Made by a program: the position numbers and the translations under genes. The notes beneath the pieces are model-generated. The model searched no databases, had not been told where the DNA came from, and saw only the letters and a program-made list of their open reading frames with translations. A stretch of DNA of 64,000 nucleotides from Acanthaster planci (Eukaryota): contig NW_019091359.1 in assembly GCF_001949145.1 (NCBI RefSeq), positions 1,195,976 to 1,259,975 of the forward strand, written 5' to 3'. Position 1 is the first letter of the stretch. Each line of letters starts with the position of its first letter. Positions 11,101-23,472 of the stretch are shown piece after piece.

Positions 11101-12567
11101 CAGCACAAGGGCGGATGAAGGGGTGGGCAGTGATGGGGGCTACGCCTACCTAAAAAAATCCCGAGCAAATATTTTTGAAAATGATAATAATGATTGGAGG
11201 TTAATTTCATTTCTCCCTTTTCCCAGAGCGAATATCAACCCTCAAAAATTTAGCCTCACCCCTCAGCAAAGCCACAAAAGTTAGGCCTACGAGAAAAACT
11301 TCCGAATTTATGCCCCCAGAAGGTTTTGCCACCTAAAATTTGGATGTGGATTCCACCTTGATCTAGAATCGCGCAGCTTGGACCAGTGGAATGAATATGG
11401 GTTTATTTACTTCTTCTTTCAGAGTGTATTTTATCACAGTATCATGCGGTGGCTAATTGGAGGGGAGGGGGCTGGTGCGATGGGGGACGGGGGGCCGCTA
11501 GCACTGATGATATGAACTCTCTTGCCAAAGGATTTCAAGGAACAAGAAATGTGTGGTTACAGGATTTATTCAATGACACCTTCGAATGTGGCGTTTCTCA
11601 ACGACCATGTGAGTGACATCATCAGAACGGCCGGCAGTTGATCTCGAATGTCTGTTTCCTCCACAGCAGCTGGCGAATTCATTTAATAGTGAGTGGTGGG
11701 TCAGAAGTCGCTGATGACACCGTGGCGTGCACTTGGCTTATCCTGCTTCGTAGAGGGAAATGCTACATCACGGACCATCAATAATACACAAACAGAATGA
11801 ATGGTCAAAAACTGGTAACAAGGGTTTGATAAAAGTAATATGCTTTCAGTAAAATTTAGCCAAAATTAAGTGCACACTATTCTGTAATTTTCACCTGAGC
11901 TTTGCTTTAACTGTAATTTAGTATTTTTACACGAGTTATGTGTTTATGGCCAACTTTTACGCCGCCACGTAAAATTTACAATAATTTACGTAAAAGTTGT
12001 GCGTTGTATTAACATGACTAACACTGTGGGTGCGTGTCACTATGTGCTTCGATCTGGCCGGGCGCTGAGGATTAGTCCATTCATCAGCTTTATTAGTGCC
12101 GCGTAGACAGGACAGGCCTGCACTCTTGCTATGGAGCGTTCACCAACCTTTTTTTGTGTGCGAATTCTGGGTGTATAATGAGCTTCAAAGGAGAGATCAG
12201 ATTGCGTCAAGCGGAGAGAAATCTACAGGCTGAGTCTATCCTTCATTGCTAATGGAATTCCGATCATATCGCAGGCAAGCATGCAGCTTTATGTCATAAG
12301 GTAACAAACCATGGAGCGCGTTGGGCCATGTCCAAACAGTCTGGTTCCATTTTGCCCAAACCAAGTTATCGAATCTGTACTGGCTGTGGATGGGAGAAAC
12401 GCACGTCAAGGGGAAGGGGAAGCAGCCACTAACCATGCAGTGGCTTCCTACTAGTAGCCGCACATCTGAATGCTCAGCCACGACCATTTGGATGCAGCTC
12501 CTCTCTGTGGAAAACTCTGGAGGCCGATAGTGCCACGTCTCTCACGTCATATTCAAGCACAACATGG

Positions 12568-13396
12568 CAGTGTAGTTTAACTCGAGTCCAGGACTCGACT
12601 CGAGTCACATAGGGTAATGACTCGGACTCGACCACTATGACTCGGACTTGAGCTGGTTGACTCGTGACTCGAGTCAAGTATTTTAATTATATACATTTAT
12701 TTACATATTATATATTTACCGTATACGCCGTAAAAAATTAATTTGTATCCACCCGTGCTATCACTGGTTTGCATGCGAGGAGCGAGCGTCGTTACGTTGC
12801 ACATTTTCCACCTCGCCCATTTACATGTATGTACGGCTAAACATCCACTGATGAGTTAACCAGACGCGTCAAATTCCGTATCCACAAACTGTGCGGAGGT
12901 AATCGGACTATGCGCTGGGCGACTTTGTTATGTACACTCTCGTACTGGCGTAAATATTCAGCCTCATAGTCTCCAGAACCAGTCGCGAATATGAACAGTT
13001 TTAGCGAAATGGCCAGGCTCGCGTTTAACTAAAAAAAAGCGTGGCCTGCGCTGGGCGTGTGAAGTTACATGGGCGTGGATGGGCGAAGTGGTTGTGGTGT
13101 TGGTATCGGCGTTTTCGAAACGACTGAATTCGGTTAGACTTTGGTCTCGCTGGTTCGATCAGTTTTGAAGCTGCTTTCGAAACCGCATGTTCAAACTCTG
13201 ACAGGAACCAGCGAAACTGAAGTCTAAGCCTAATTAGCTGAACGACTTGATTCATGACTTGTGACTCAGACTCTGGGTTTGTGACTCGGACTCGGACTCG
13301 GACTCCGGCGAAGTTTGTGACTCGAGACTTGGACTCAGACTCGAGGCTTGAGACCCGGGACTCAGACTCTACATTGGTGACTCGACTACAACACTG
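12568..13396. mobile_element. Non-autonomous hAT-like DNA transposon with GACTCG subterminal arrays
   Basis: Termini CAGTGTAGT... and ...ACAACACTG with dense GACTCG/CGAGTC repeats at both ends (12580-12677 and 13255-13390). No clean 8-bp TSD. Confidence 0.65.
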
Positions 13397-15105
13397 TTAT
13401 ACGGGCACTTGATCTCACTTTTAGGCCAGTGCACTGCACACACTATGGACTGTACCTCTGCAAGGTGATGAGTTTCAGTAAACGAATTCTCACTCGGAGA
13501 AAGACAACAAGTCGTTTGCTGTTTTCAAGAGTAAACGTTCACGAAAACTTATGTATTTTCTGCAATACATGCGGAGGCAGCTATTGCAATGAATTCAAAC
13601 AGCTTAATAGTAATTTCTTTACTGATACACTGAGGGTTGATGATACCGAAATTCATCAATTTGTCTCGAGTCGACTTTGCATGATGGAAAAGCCGTCACG
13701 TAATCATGTCATCATTGACAACATCGGGAGATGGGGGGCTGGGGACATGTCCCCCTCCAGCCTACTGGATCCACCACTGGTACTCTGGCGATGATTTGAT
13801 CTTGTGCTTGAATGTGCAGATCACTAACTCAGGTCTGATCCATCTGAAATTTCGGCTTTAGATACAACTGAACCTGTGTCATTCAAAGTAAGAACTCCGA
13901 ACGAGCCTCTGTTTACCTATGGGGTAACTGAAAATGCGCACGTTAGTTGTCATTGTTTTGTTGATCACGTCATGCACATTACGATTTGTGAGCCTGTTTC
14001 TTGGTGGAGTCTAATTTCTACGCTGCGGGTGTCAATTGAGTTTGTTTCTGCATTCAATTGGGGACCCTGAACAATAGAGGACAATAAGGTCCCCGATTGA
14101 CAGAGGGTCCGCAATTGACAACTGTGTACAAAACATATGGGTGGTCTTCTAAAAAAGTTGAAGTACAAACAAAAGAGGAACAATAGGGGGTTGCCAGTTG
14201 CAGGCAAACACACACTTGTGTGGGTGGGGGACGGGGGCGATATGTCCCCACTTTTTAAAATGGGGGAATTTGTGTCCTCCATTCTTTCCGGACACTAAAT
14301 AAATGAAAAATGTCGGGGTGGGGAGTAGGCCAACATTTGATCCATAATATTCGGATACGATTAGTTTCAAATTGAAATAAGTCTTGCAAAAGCGTGTGCT
14401 GAAAAATTGGTTAAGGTGGCCGGAAATTGCATCAGATCGCACCACAAAACATCTAGAATCAAAACTTTCCCAGCACCCAGGTAAGCGTTAGGGCTGTTAA
14501 GACTTTGCGCTTCGCGCTAGCACTATTCAAGGTTATGTCCCACCCCCCCCTCCCTTTTGAAGAGCAATTGACACCCTTGCACGCTGCACCGGTTCCAGAT
14601 CTTGAGAGTCATCATCCGTTGAGGCTTAACCCCCCCCCCAGTGCTGGATCTTTCATCTTCTCCATAGAGACTGCAGCTGTGCAGTGACGGCTCAATTGAC
14701 ATTTTATATGAAAGAAACACTTGTTTTGTTTTGCCCAATTTTTATTCAACCAAATTTTGCAATACTCATCACCTTTTTTACACTAATTGTGTCCGCAATC
14801 TTATACCTGATCAATGCAAACGAGTTTTCGGATTGTTTTTTTCGACACTGTCGACATTTTCGTAATTTCTTGCGAACGATGGATCCACATTATATAAAAC
14901 AGGTTTAAAAACGTGCACAGGACATAGCATTACAAACCGATAGAGGTTCGGCGAAAGAAAAGACTCTCAAGTGGTTTTCATTTTTCTTTGAGTCATCTTT
15001 TGAGTCGAACTCGAAAAGGCATGCTGGTCGAGAAAGCTTCTTGAAGCTAGATCCAGTTATCAGGAAATAGATCCTGGGCAGATAGAAAAGTGTTGTAGGG
15101 GTAGC

Positions 15106-15876
15106 TTAATCGAGATATATCCCGTACGTTGTCGCTATAGCATACACCCATCCATTTTGAAAGGTTGCTGTGGCATAGCAGTCCGTTTCGGTGTTCCAAA
15201 CACAGCGGCTAATGACCATCGTATCCGCTCCTTCAATTTGTCCGACTTGAATGAAGACCACGAGCCTGTAGCGTTCAAAACACAGCAGCTTCACCTTGTG
15301 TTTGATTTCCTCGGATAGTCTCTTCACAAGCTCTGGGCCGTTCTCGGGCACGTACCTCTTGTGACTGAGCTCGCTCTCCAGGACTTCGTTCATGATCGCC
15401 TCCACTTTCTCTGGACGGAAGTGACAGCCCGGCTTGGGCTGCATTCGGTAGGAGTTCTCGTATCGGAGCTGGCCCGCCTCGTCCGCCGCGTCCACTGCCC
15501 TTTGGGAATTGGACTCGCCACCTCGCCGGAACCGCCACCACATGGACGTTGAGATGTCCTTGCCGAAGTACAGAGTGTCCTTTCTCGTTCTGTTGGAGTT
15601 ATCCTCCAGCCAGGCAAGCAGACCGGGCTTGGTAGAGGTCTCCTGGGCAGGGACTTGTTCATTGCTACGACCAGACATCGAGGCAGCGGCCGCTTGGAAG
15701 GCCCCGGTCCATTTGCTGCTCCCTCCAGACAGCTGTCTCTTGAAGGGGTTCTCCGCTTTGGGACCGGAGCCGGAACTGGTTTCTCGCGGTCTTGATATCG
15801 AACCAGACCCTTGGCTTAAAAAGGAAGAGGAGCGGGATTGCCCCTTCACGCCGTAATTATTCCGAACCGAATCCAT
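15106..15876 (-). CDS. Tctex-1 domain protein (dynein light chain Tctex-type; TCTEX1D1/D4-like), 256 aa
   Basis: Single ORF with first ATG at 15876. The C-terminal YENSYRMQP...F.PEKV..IM.EVL...Y.P.....L...LSEEIK.KVK.L.FERYRLVV...VGQ......SRCVWN..TD.YA.A.F.N...YAIA..YGIY is a Tctex-1 domain; the N-terminal extension is long and Ser/Gly/Arg-rich. Confidence 0.9.
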   Translation of the reverse strand: MDSVRNNYGVKGQSRSSSFLSQGSGSISRPRETSSGSGPKAENPFKRQLSGGSSKWTGAFQAAAASMSGRSNEQVPAQETSTKPGLLAWLEDNSNRTRKDTLYFGKDISTSMWWRFRRGGESNSQRAVDAADEAGQLRYENSYRMQPKPGCHFRPEKVEAIMNEVLESELSHKRYVPENGPELVKRLSEEIKHKVKLLCFERYRLVVFIQVGQIEGADTMVISRCVWNTETDCYATATFQNGWVYAIATTYGIYLD

Positions 15877-16776
15877 TGTCACATCAATGATCCACGATCC
15901 ACGGACGGCCCACTCAGCAACCGATTCCCGGAAGTTCGATGTAGGTCAAGCTAGGGCAACACTCAAGAATCTAGAGTTCTTTCCAAAACTGGTATTGCGT
16001 TGTGGAAGACCGATTCGTCTTTCAAGTTATTTTTCTCAAAATGGCCCTGAGCAATAACTGCATGTTTGTAGAAGTCACAACCGCCTGGCAATACGTGCCT
16101 CTGCACGTATTCTTATCTGCATTTGAATTATCTAGGCTCAGGGCTCACCTTAAGTCTCCTGTTACATTCTAAGCATTTATCTGCATTTTTTACACATGTT
16201 GTTGCTCTGCTGTACATGTACCGCGTGTTTGCAGAGAGGATTAAGATTGCCTTCTTGCATGACGCGGTTATCGTTAACAACCTTCGACACTCCAAACAGA
16301 ACTTGGGAGGGACTGCATTAAGCGGGATTTGTTTGGAAGTCCGTGCGGTGAAAAAGAACCCATGTTATACTCCTTGAGCATCCTACGCTTTCTCCGCAAT
16401 GTAACTCTCCTTTCAGTGATCAGGGCTTCGAAAGCACTTGACTTCACTTATGGCCAGACCACTCGAAAGAGTTTCCCTTCTCCTTTGAGATGACTCAGGC
16501 GAACATCTACCTCAGAACTCCATAACAATTTGGCTTTCCTCCTCGCCTCGCACCAATCACGGTGATTTATGGTATCTGAACCTTTTTTAGGGGACATGAT
16601 GAGACTGATTTCTGTCTCAGTATTTCAATCAGGGCCTGAGAAATATTGCTTCTAATAAAAAGGCACGCAGCGGGGAATAAACAAAGGGGAAATTGGTGGG
16701 GTCGAAGGACTGAGAGAGGACACAATTCATAATTGACAGATTGGAGAACAACCGCTCAATATTGGCGCTTTTAAGG

Positions 16777-17123
16777 TATTTCTACCGGAGCGTCTCCTTT
16801 ATTCAGCTAGCTGTAGATTATGCAGACCTAAGGGAAGGGTTTTGCTGACCACACTGTAAAGTCATAAGCATTTCTGGTATGGTTCCTTGAACCTGCTTCA
16901 TAAATTGTAAACTGTTTAATGAGACGCTGTCAGACTAATTTACAACTAGATATTTCTACCGGAGCGTCTCCTTTATTCAGCTAGCTGTAGATTATGCAGA
17001 CCTAAGGGAAGGGTTTTGCTGACCACACTGTAAAGTCATAAGCATTTCTGGTATGGTTCCTTGAACCTGCTTCATAAATTGTAAACTGTTTAATGAGACG
17101 CTGTCAGACTAATTTATAACTAG
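16777..17123. repeat. Tandem duplication, 2 x 174 bp
   Basis: 16777-16950 and 16951-17123 appear identical apart from one substitution near the 3' end (TACAAC vs TATAAC). Confidence 0.92.
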
Positions 17124-19936
17124 TGTACGGTGTTTCAAGCCTTCTCTTTTTCAAAATCTGGCTTGAAACACTAAAGTATATTTTTACATGTCAGGAAATT
17201 TCATCCCATGTGTTCACTTTTATTTTCACTCTCAAGTTAAAATAAATGGGAAGTCAACCTCGATATATCAATAAAAGCCTCTAGCTACTCGAACAAATGA
17301 GATTCTGTAACGCTGTGTTCTGGAGTTGAACTGAAATTTTGCAGACAGCAGCTGATGTGAAGCAAATCCGAAGTTTCTCAATGTAAGAATAATAACCGAC
17401 CCCAAGAAGAAATGAATAAATGAATAAATAACTAAACATGTATTCCTTGAAATGATAGCACACCAGCAGAACCCTCATTTGTGAGAAAATACAGACAAAA
17501 GAAACGCTTTAAAAGTCCACTTTCCAGTAAAATCAACCTAAAAGGAGAGGTGGTACTTCAGAAAGTCGCACGGAATATTTTCCCAAGTAATCTTCATGGC
17601 AAGATCCCTTTAAGGTACAATCAACATTCAGCCAGCGTAACATTGTATTTCAAGCCAGATAAGAGATAAACATTGGAGGGGATATCATGCCCAAGCTTTA
17701 CGTAAGAACAAGAAAAAATAAGATAGTTACTTGGCGCAATCATAACGACTATATACAGGACTTTGACACTAAGGACTTTGTTTGAAATCTACACGGGCGC
17801 TGTGAGCTTCTCCTAGAAAAGTGCTGTGAATGAGTTGTCAAGCAAAAACTGAAAAACTCTGAGACTTTTAAGCACAACCATCGGCACATCTACAAAGGAA
17901 ATGACGAACAACCCTCACCCTGAAGAAAATGCTTTTTTGTTAAAAATAATAATAATAATAACAATAATGACAGAAAGCGATTTTTTGGACTTTTCGTTTC
18001 TCTTAATACCAAAAGCATGTAATCAAACCCCAATTGTATCTCCCGTGGAAACGCTTTACAAGCTATTACAAATAATTCCCCGATCTCCCCCCCCCAAAAA
18101 AATGGAATTATCCCAGTTCTGTCTCTGCCCTTGAATTGTTTTAAAGCAATAAATATTTTAGAAGACTCTGATGGGACTCGGCCTATCATTTATTGCAATA
18201 CCCTCATGGCACACACTGATGTCCTGATATCCAATTACTTCAGATCTATCAAAACGAACCTTGCAATCTTTTTCTAATTTGGGGAAAATAAAATTTGGGA
18301 CATCTGTCGCCTGTAATGGGACGGGGGATAAATGGACCGTGAAGAGGTCAGTGTTTGCGCCACTGATCTCTGGCCATCGCCCTGCGTTGATTACCTCGTT
18401 TTCCCAAGCAACTTGCATTTGTGGCCTTAGGCATGTGATTTTTAATTGTTTTTTTAGTTTGTTTTCTGTACTGCCTCCATCAGAAAAACATAAGATATCA
18501 AAGGCAATTTGCTCCATGGCTGTTTCTTCACTTTAAAAATCCTCAATGCACGCGTGACATGAACTAAAATGTAAAATGTATTCATTCCGTCGTTGAGGGC
18601 GCTGCCACAAACAGAGACTAGCTTTGTGGTTGCTATGATTCGAGTCCCAAAGCAAAAAACAAGATAGAACGTGTGCTTTTCGAATCAGTGGCTTCTTCTT
18701 ACATGATTCGGCTGGGACAACGTCACAGTAATACGCACTTCGGGCAATAGTTTTAATTAGTGTAAAGTACAAGGTAAAAAGACTTTCTGTACACTTCTGT
18801 ACCCTCTTTTAAAACCCGTTTCACCTACGACATGTCTGGACATTTACGTTGATATGCGTTTAGGAATATGTTTAAATTCCAAGTGGATCTCACAGAGCTA
18901 AACGTGTACCGCGGAAAAGCGTTTAGCATTTATCACATTCCTAGGCGTATTTCAAAAACATGTTGCAGGTTAAACGCGTTTCAAAACGGGTACAACGTGA
19001 ACAACTCTACACGCCGTTTACGGTGTACAGTACTGTAGTGGATGCAAACCCATGGCAGAAACAAAATCCTGTAGAAAATTGGATCTTTGGATTTTTTGGC
19101 GCACACTACTACTCTACCGGTAGAGCAAATAATTCAGCGCTCCACGGAGTGGTTTTGCAGAAAATTATGGAAACAACCCAATAAGCGTAGCCTACGTAAT
19201 CGTTGTAATGTACACGTACCTTTGTATAATTGCAAGGAAAATTTAGACAGAAATAATTGCAATTTCTGCACTAACACGCCAGAATTTTGGATATCTTTCT
19301 ATACTCATAGCTATTCCAAGACATCTTCATCCCTTTCGACAAGATTTTCCGCCCCTTTCTCTCCTTCCAATTCTTCAAATCTTCCCCTCCCTTTCGACAC
19401 CCATGATTTTGAACATGAAGTCACTGCACCACTTGGAATCCTCCCCGGTGATGGAGGCAGAACCCTACCACCCACCTTGTAAAATACATGCTCCTCACCT
19501 CTAACGTGTAGGCCTAAAGCTTGTTACACCGTCGCTTCTGCCGTCACTATACTATAGCACTAGGTGAGGGAGCTTCTTATACAGTGCGTAGATTGGAGTT
19601 CGCCAAGTGATGTCAATTACTCAAAATTCACTATCATGCACAATGGTAAAGCACGCTTTGTGCTACTAACGACAGCTTTTGTTTCGTTCATCGCTCCATT
19701 TAGCACTAGAATCACTTTATCTTTTGTGGCAATATCTTAAGTCTTATACTATGCCCCAAGCTGGCACATACTGTGTCTTTGAATATCATTACAGTCATAT
19801 TGAATTTCAGCCGCGTATGGTCTCTCGAAGTGGGGTATTCTTAGTTTCTTTTGATACAGTCGAACTATGATCTCATCATGGCAGCACAATGAGATTTGCT
19901 GAAACGCATTGAGAGAAAGGTAATACAATGCTAGAT

Positions 19937-20992
19937 TCACTCACACTGCACGGATCCACACTTAGCACGGGCAGCCAAGAGCAGACGGGATGGTTTGGGT
20001 ATCTCGCCGAACCTGCAGCGTAAGATGCAGCGGATCACTCGGTTGAAGCGCGGGTGATTCACCGTGTAGATGATGGGATTCAGGCAGCTGTTGAAGGTGA
20101 ACGGCACCGAGAGAAACAGCAAGACCCTGCCGGAGTGTGGCACCAGCAAGGTGAAGGAATACGGGGCGCTGAACACCACGAAGGCACTGGATACCATGAA
20201 GAGATTCGTGGTGATCTGTAGCTGCTGCCTGTTGACGCGCTTTTTGAAGCGGACCTCCAGCTCTCGCGTGGTCTCGTCGGGACGCGCACCAGATAACATT
20301 TCGTGGGATGATCGAAACGACTCCTCCTTACGCTCAAAGTGGCGCTTGACGTGTACAAAGATCAGCGAGTAACTGATGACGATGGTGGCCAAGGGGATTG
20401 GGTAGATGCAGAAAGCCTGGACCAGCTGGTAGTCGGAGGACCTTGGGTGATAATCGATGTCACTGCAGGTATTGTCGCCCGGATCATATCCAAGCTCGCC
20501 GACGCCAAAGGCAGGTGGGATGAGCAAGGCAACTAACGGTATGGCCCACGTGCACACCACCATGATGACGATTTTCTTGGGCGTGAAGAGCCAGTGGTAA
20601 GCTGCTGCGGGGCCCCTTATGAGCAGCAGGCGGTTGAGAGCGATACAGGCCAGGTTGTACAGGCTGGCTCCCCCACAGGTGAATGACATCAGGGCCAAGA
20701 GAAAGCAGAGGCCTTTTGAGTGCAACGGCCATCCGTCGACCGAGAGGAGGGCTGCAACGTTGCTCACCGGCAATAGCAGGCAGTAGCAGAGATCGGTAGC
20801 GGCCAGGCTCACCACGAACACGTTGGTGTTGTTCTGTAATTGCTTGGACAGCATGACAGCGAGGATGACGATGCAATTGCCTATGGTCCCCACGACAAAT
20901 ATAATCAGGACGAGAACAGCCACCACTACCCTTTCCTCGTAGGTAAAGAGCGAATCCCCCAAGGTGCTGTTCAAGGTGCCGATGTCTGCCAT
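19937..20992 (-). CDS. Intronless rhodopsin-class GPCR, moody/Tre1/melatonin-receptor-like (351 aa)
   Basis: Seven hydrophobic segments; GN in TM1, LAATD in TM2, C3.25, NRL in place of DRY, W4.50, YPIP in TM5, NSCLNPIIY in TM7; N-terminal NST sequon. Confidence 0.93.
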   Translation of the reverse strand: MADIGTLNSTLGDSLFTYEERVVVAVLVLIIFVVGTIGNCIVILAVMLSKQLQNNTNVFVVSLAATDLCYCLLLPVSNVAALLSVDGWPLHSKGLCFLLALMSFTCGGASLYNLACIALNRLLLIRGPAAAYHWLFTPKKIVIMVVCTWAIPLVALLIPPAFGVGELGYDPGDNTCSDIDYHPRSSDYQLVQAFCIYPIPLATIVISYSLIFVHVKRHFERKEESFRSSHEMLSGARPDETTRELEVRFKKRVNRQQLQITTNLFMVSSAFVVFSAPYSFTLLVPHSGRVLLFLSVPFTFNSCLNPIIYTVNHPRFNRVIRCILRCRFGEIPKPSRLLLAARAKCGSVQCE

Positions 20993-22497
20993 CGTTCGAT
21001 TTCAACTCGCCAACGAATAAGCGAAAGACGAGAAAGTTTCTACTCTTCGAGCCGAGAGAATATCCCGTCCTATGTCGAAGCCAGTAACGAATCAGTGAAA
21101 TAAATGGTGCACTTAGACTGAGGTGTGACTACTGAAAACTTCCAGGTGGCACCGAGAGAAATCTCAGCGGCGGGTCGGCGACGATAACATCTCAATCACG
21201 CAGCAGTCGAAAGCAGATACTCCGGGCACCGACGCTCGAGCACTCTTCTTGAGGAAGCTTGTTTTATCGTTCTGTGTGAGGGCTGTAATGACCGTATCAC
21301 CTCCGCAACGTCAGCACTAACAGACCTCGGACAGACCGCGAAAATAAGATGTAAATGGGCCAGTCCTGCTCGGCTGCGACGCTATTCTTATTACTAGGAA
21401 GACCTTAAAATAGTGACGAGGGTATAGTTGCAAAACGAGTTCGGCGCAAGTGAATGCAGGTTCATATATGAACGCGCCAGAGTCATCGCATCGCAGCATA
21501 TGGCTCGGAATATAATCAAGTATGCGACTGCTTTCTAAAGGGTTACGCACGGATGCATGCTACTGATGACTGACGTGGGTTGGTCCAGTTAACATCCACC
21601 AACTGAATCACCCGCTCTGTATTGTTAATCAGGTCGCCGTTGGGCTCATGGAATGGCAAAATTGTCGTCCAAAAATTACATCTTTAAATATTTAGCGTCG
21701 TTATCGAGAACACAGACTAATGTTATTACGTAGACTGATTCACCAACATCATGTTAATAATGAAATATTCCTGTAGTATTTTAGAAGAGAGTATTACATA
21801 AACACCATTGCGATGATAGAGCAGTTAACACTGCAATAACCCGTTAATAAACAAAGTGACATCGCATGCTGTCGCCACCGTTCAGTGCAATGCAGTTGTT
21901 TTAAACCTGCCAGCATTTTGAGCAAACTGTACGACTGTAAATGTAGTTTCATATTGCCAAGGTCCTTCACACTTCTGGGAAATCTCATCTCTTACTGGAA
22001 ATATAAATAATATGGCATGATCAGTTTATTTCTCGAAACTAAAGCCATTAGAACGAAATTTTAACCCTTCAGTGAGACACTCCAATAAACGGTTTACCAA
22101 CACGCAAGCATCGCACCAACGGAAATGCAAACTTGCTGTCTACATTGAGATGACAAATAAAAATTGGGCCGCTCCTAAAATCAAAACGGATTTGGTGAAA
22201 GCAGGTATGAAAACTCTGGCTTGCGACAGACACGCAAAATTCTGATTCTGCGCAGACCCTCTACCACGGATGTCTCACTCCGAATATGAAACAGCCGTGT
22301 GAAACCTATGGATGTTACTTGTAACTGATTTCCCCAGAAAAAAAAGGTAAACACGTTCGCGTGACACACGATACATCGATCAACATCAGGTACATACGAT
22401 CCTTTCCATTTTATTAATTTTACTGCCAATGCAATCTCCACTGTTTATCAAATGGTTGCTTCCAGAAAGTAATTTTATGGTCTCATGACAATGACAG

Positions 22498-23156
22498 CCT
22501 ATTTACTAAGGGAATAAATATGTGCTTGACCGGTCTTAAAAGCGCGTTCAAGACCGCCCGAGGGGAATGCACGCGACTAATGGTAAAAGCACATATTTAT
22601 TCCTATTCATAAATACCTTTTAATTCAGAGAGCCAAAAGAAGTCATCATGATGGATTTCCAATGAGTTTGTTCTAAAATTTTTACTTTAATTTTCCCGAA
22701 CATCACCGTCCATTTTATGGCATATTGCTTTTGAAAGTTGCCTAATATGTATTTTTAAATGTATCTGATTCGTAAGTGACTTCGTCATACACGCGGACGC
22801 GCCACGAATTGCAGGCTCCCACTGGACGATCGCTGAAGTTGCGCGTTAACCTCTTGTTCCATGGTTCCATGAAAACGGCGATCAATGCATGTATTTTCTT
22901 AGCAGTGCATTTGCAGTAGGCGTGGTTTTAACTAAAGTGACGTCACACTTACGAACCGGCACCTTTGTCAGGGCGAGCAGATTCTGACCAATCAGACTCG
23001 ATTAAACTGTCTCCTATCCACGTGCCAGCTCGTGATTGAAGCAGCAGGCATTATCACTTTTTGGCGGGCATTACTAAATGTTAATACACGGTCACGTGAC
23101 GCCTTTCGACCAATAGGAATAGAAAAAACTGTCCCAGGCAGGCCTATTTATGAATG
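22498..23156. mobile_element. Probable non-autonomous Crypton-like (tyrosine recombinase-type) element
   Basis: Short terminal direct repeats GCCTATTTA (~22497 and ~23142), a 16-bp inverted repeat GAATAAATATGTGCTT / AAGCACATATTTATTC (22512-22602), ATTCATAAATA inverted against the right end, and CACGTGAC..GACCAAT subterminal motifs. The family assignment is inference. Confidence 0.45.
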
Positions 23157-23472
23157 ATTAATCATCAATGTTCCCCCAAAACACAATGATATCGAAATAG
23201 GACTTTTATGGTAAAGATGCCAATTTATTCTGGCACACCACAACTATGATCTGTGAACTTCCAAATTAGAAATAGCGAGATCACAAAATTACGAGTTGTG
23301 TCTGTCATGCTTGACTACTTAGGCCTATTATCTCGTTATTCTAACCATAATAATGTTTTCATTGACATGAGCGTGCATTTCCATGCACAAATTTACATGC
23401 TAATGCATTATTTTTTGTATCCACCATATTGTCCGTTTAACAATTACTCGTAACAGGGTAGAGTTCCAGGAA

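Noticed and set aside
12236..12487. PWWP-like motif (LVWAKW..TVWTWP) in an 83-aa ORF
   Set aside because: Similarity is limited to a few residues and the rest of the domain is not recognisable.
12848..12870. CTGATGAG as a hammerhead ribozyme core (also near 48678)
   Set aside because: No stem II followed by GAAA downstream.
20070..21103. Alternative-frame and antisense ORFs over the GPCR (e.g. 20484-21005, 173 aa)
   Set aside because: Shadows of GC3-rich coding sequence with no recognisable domains.
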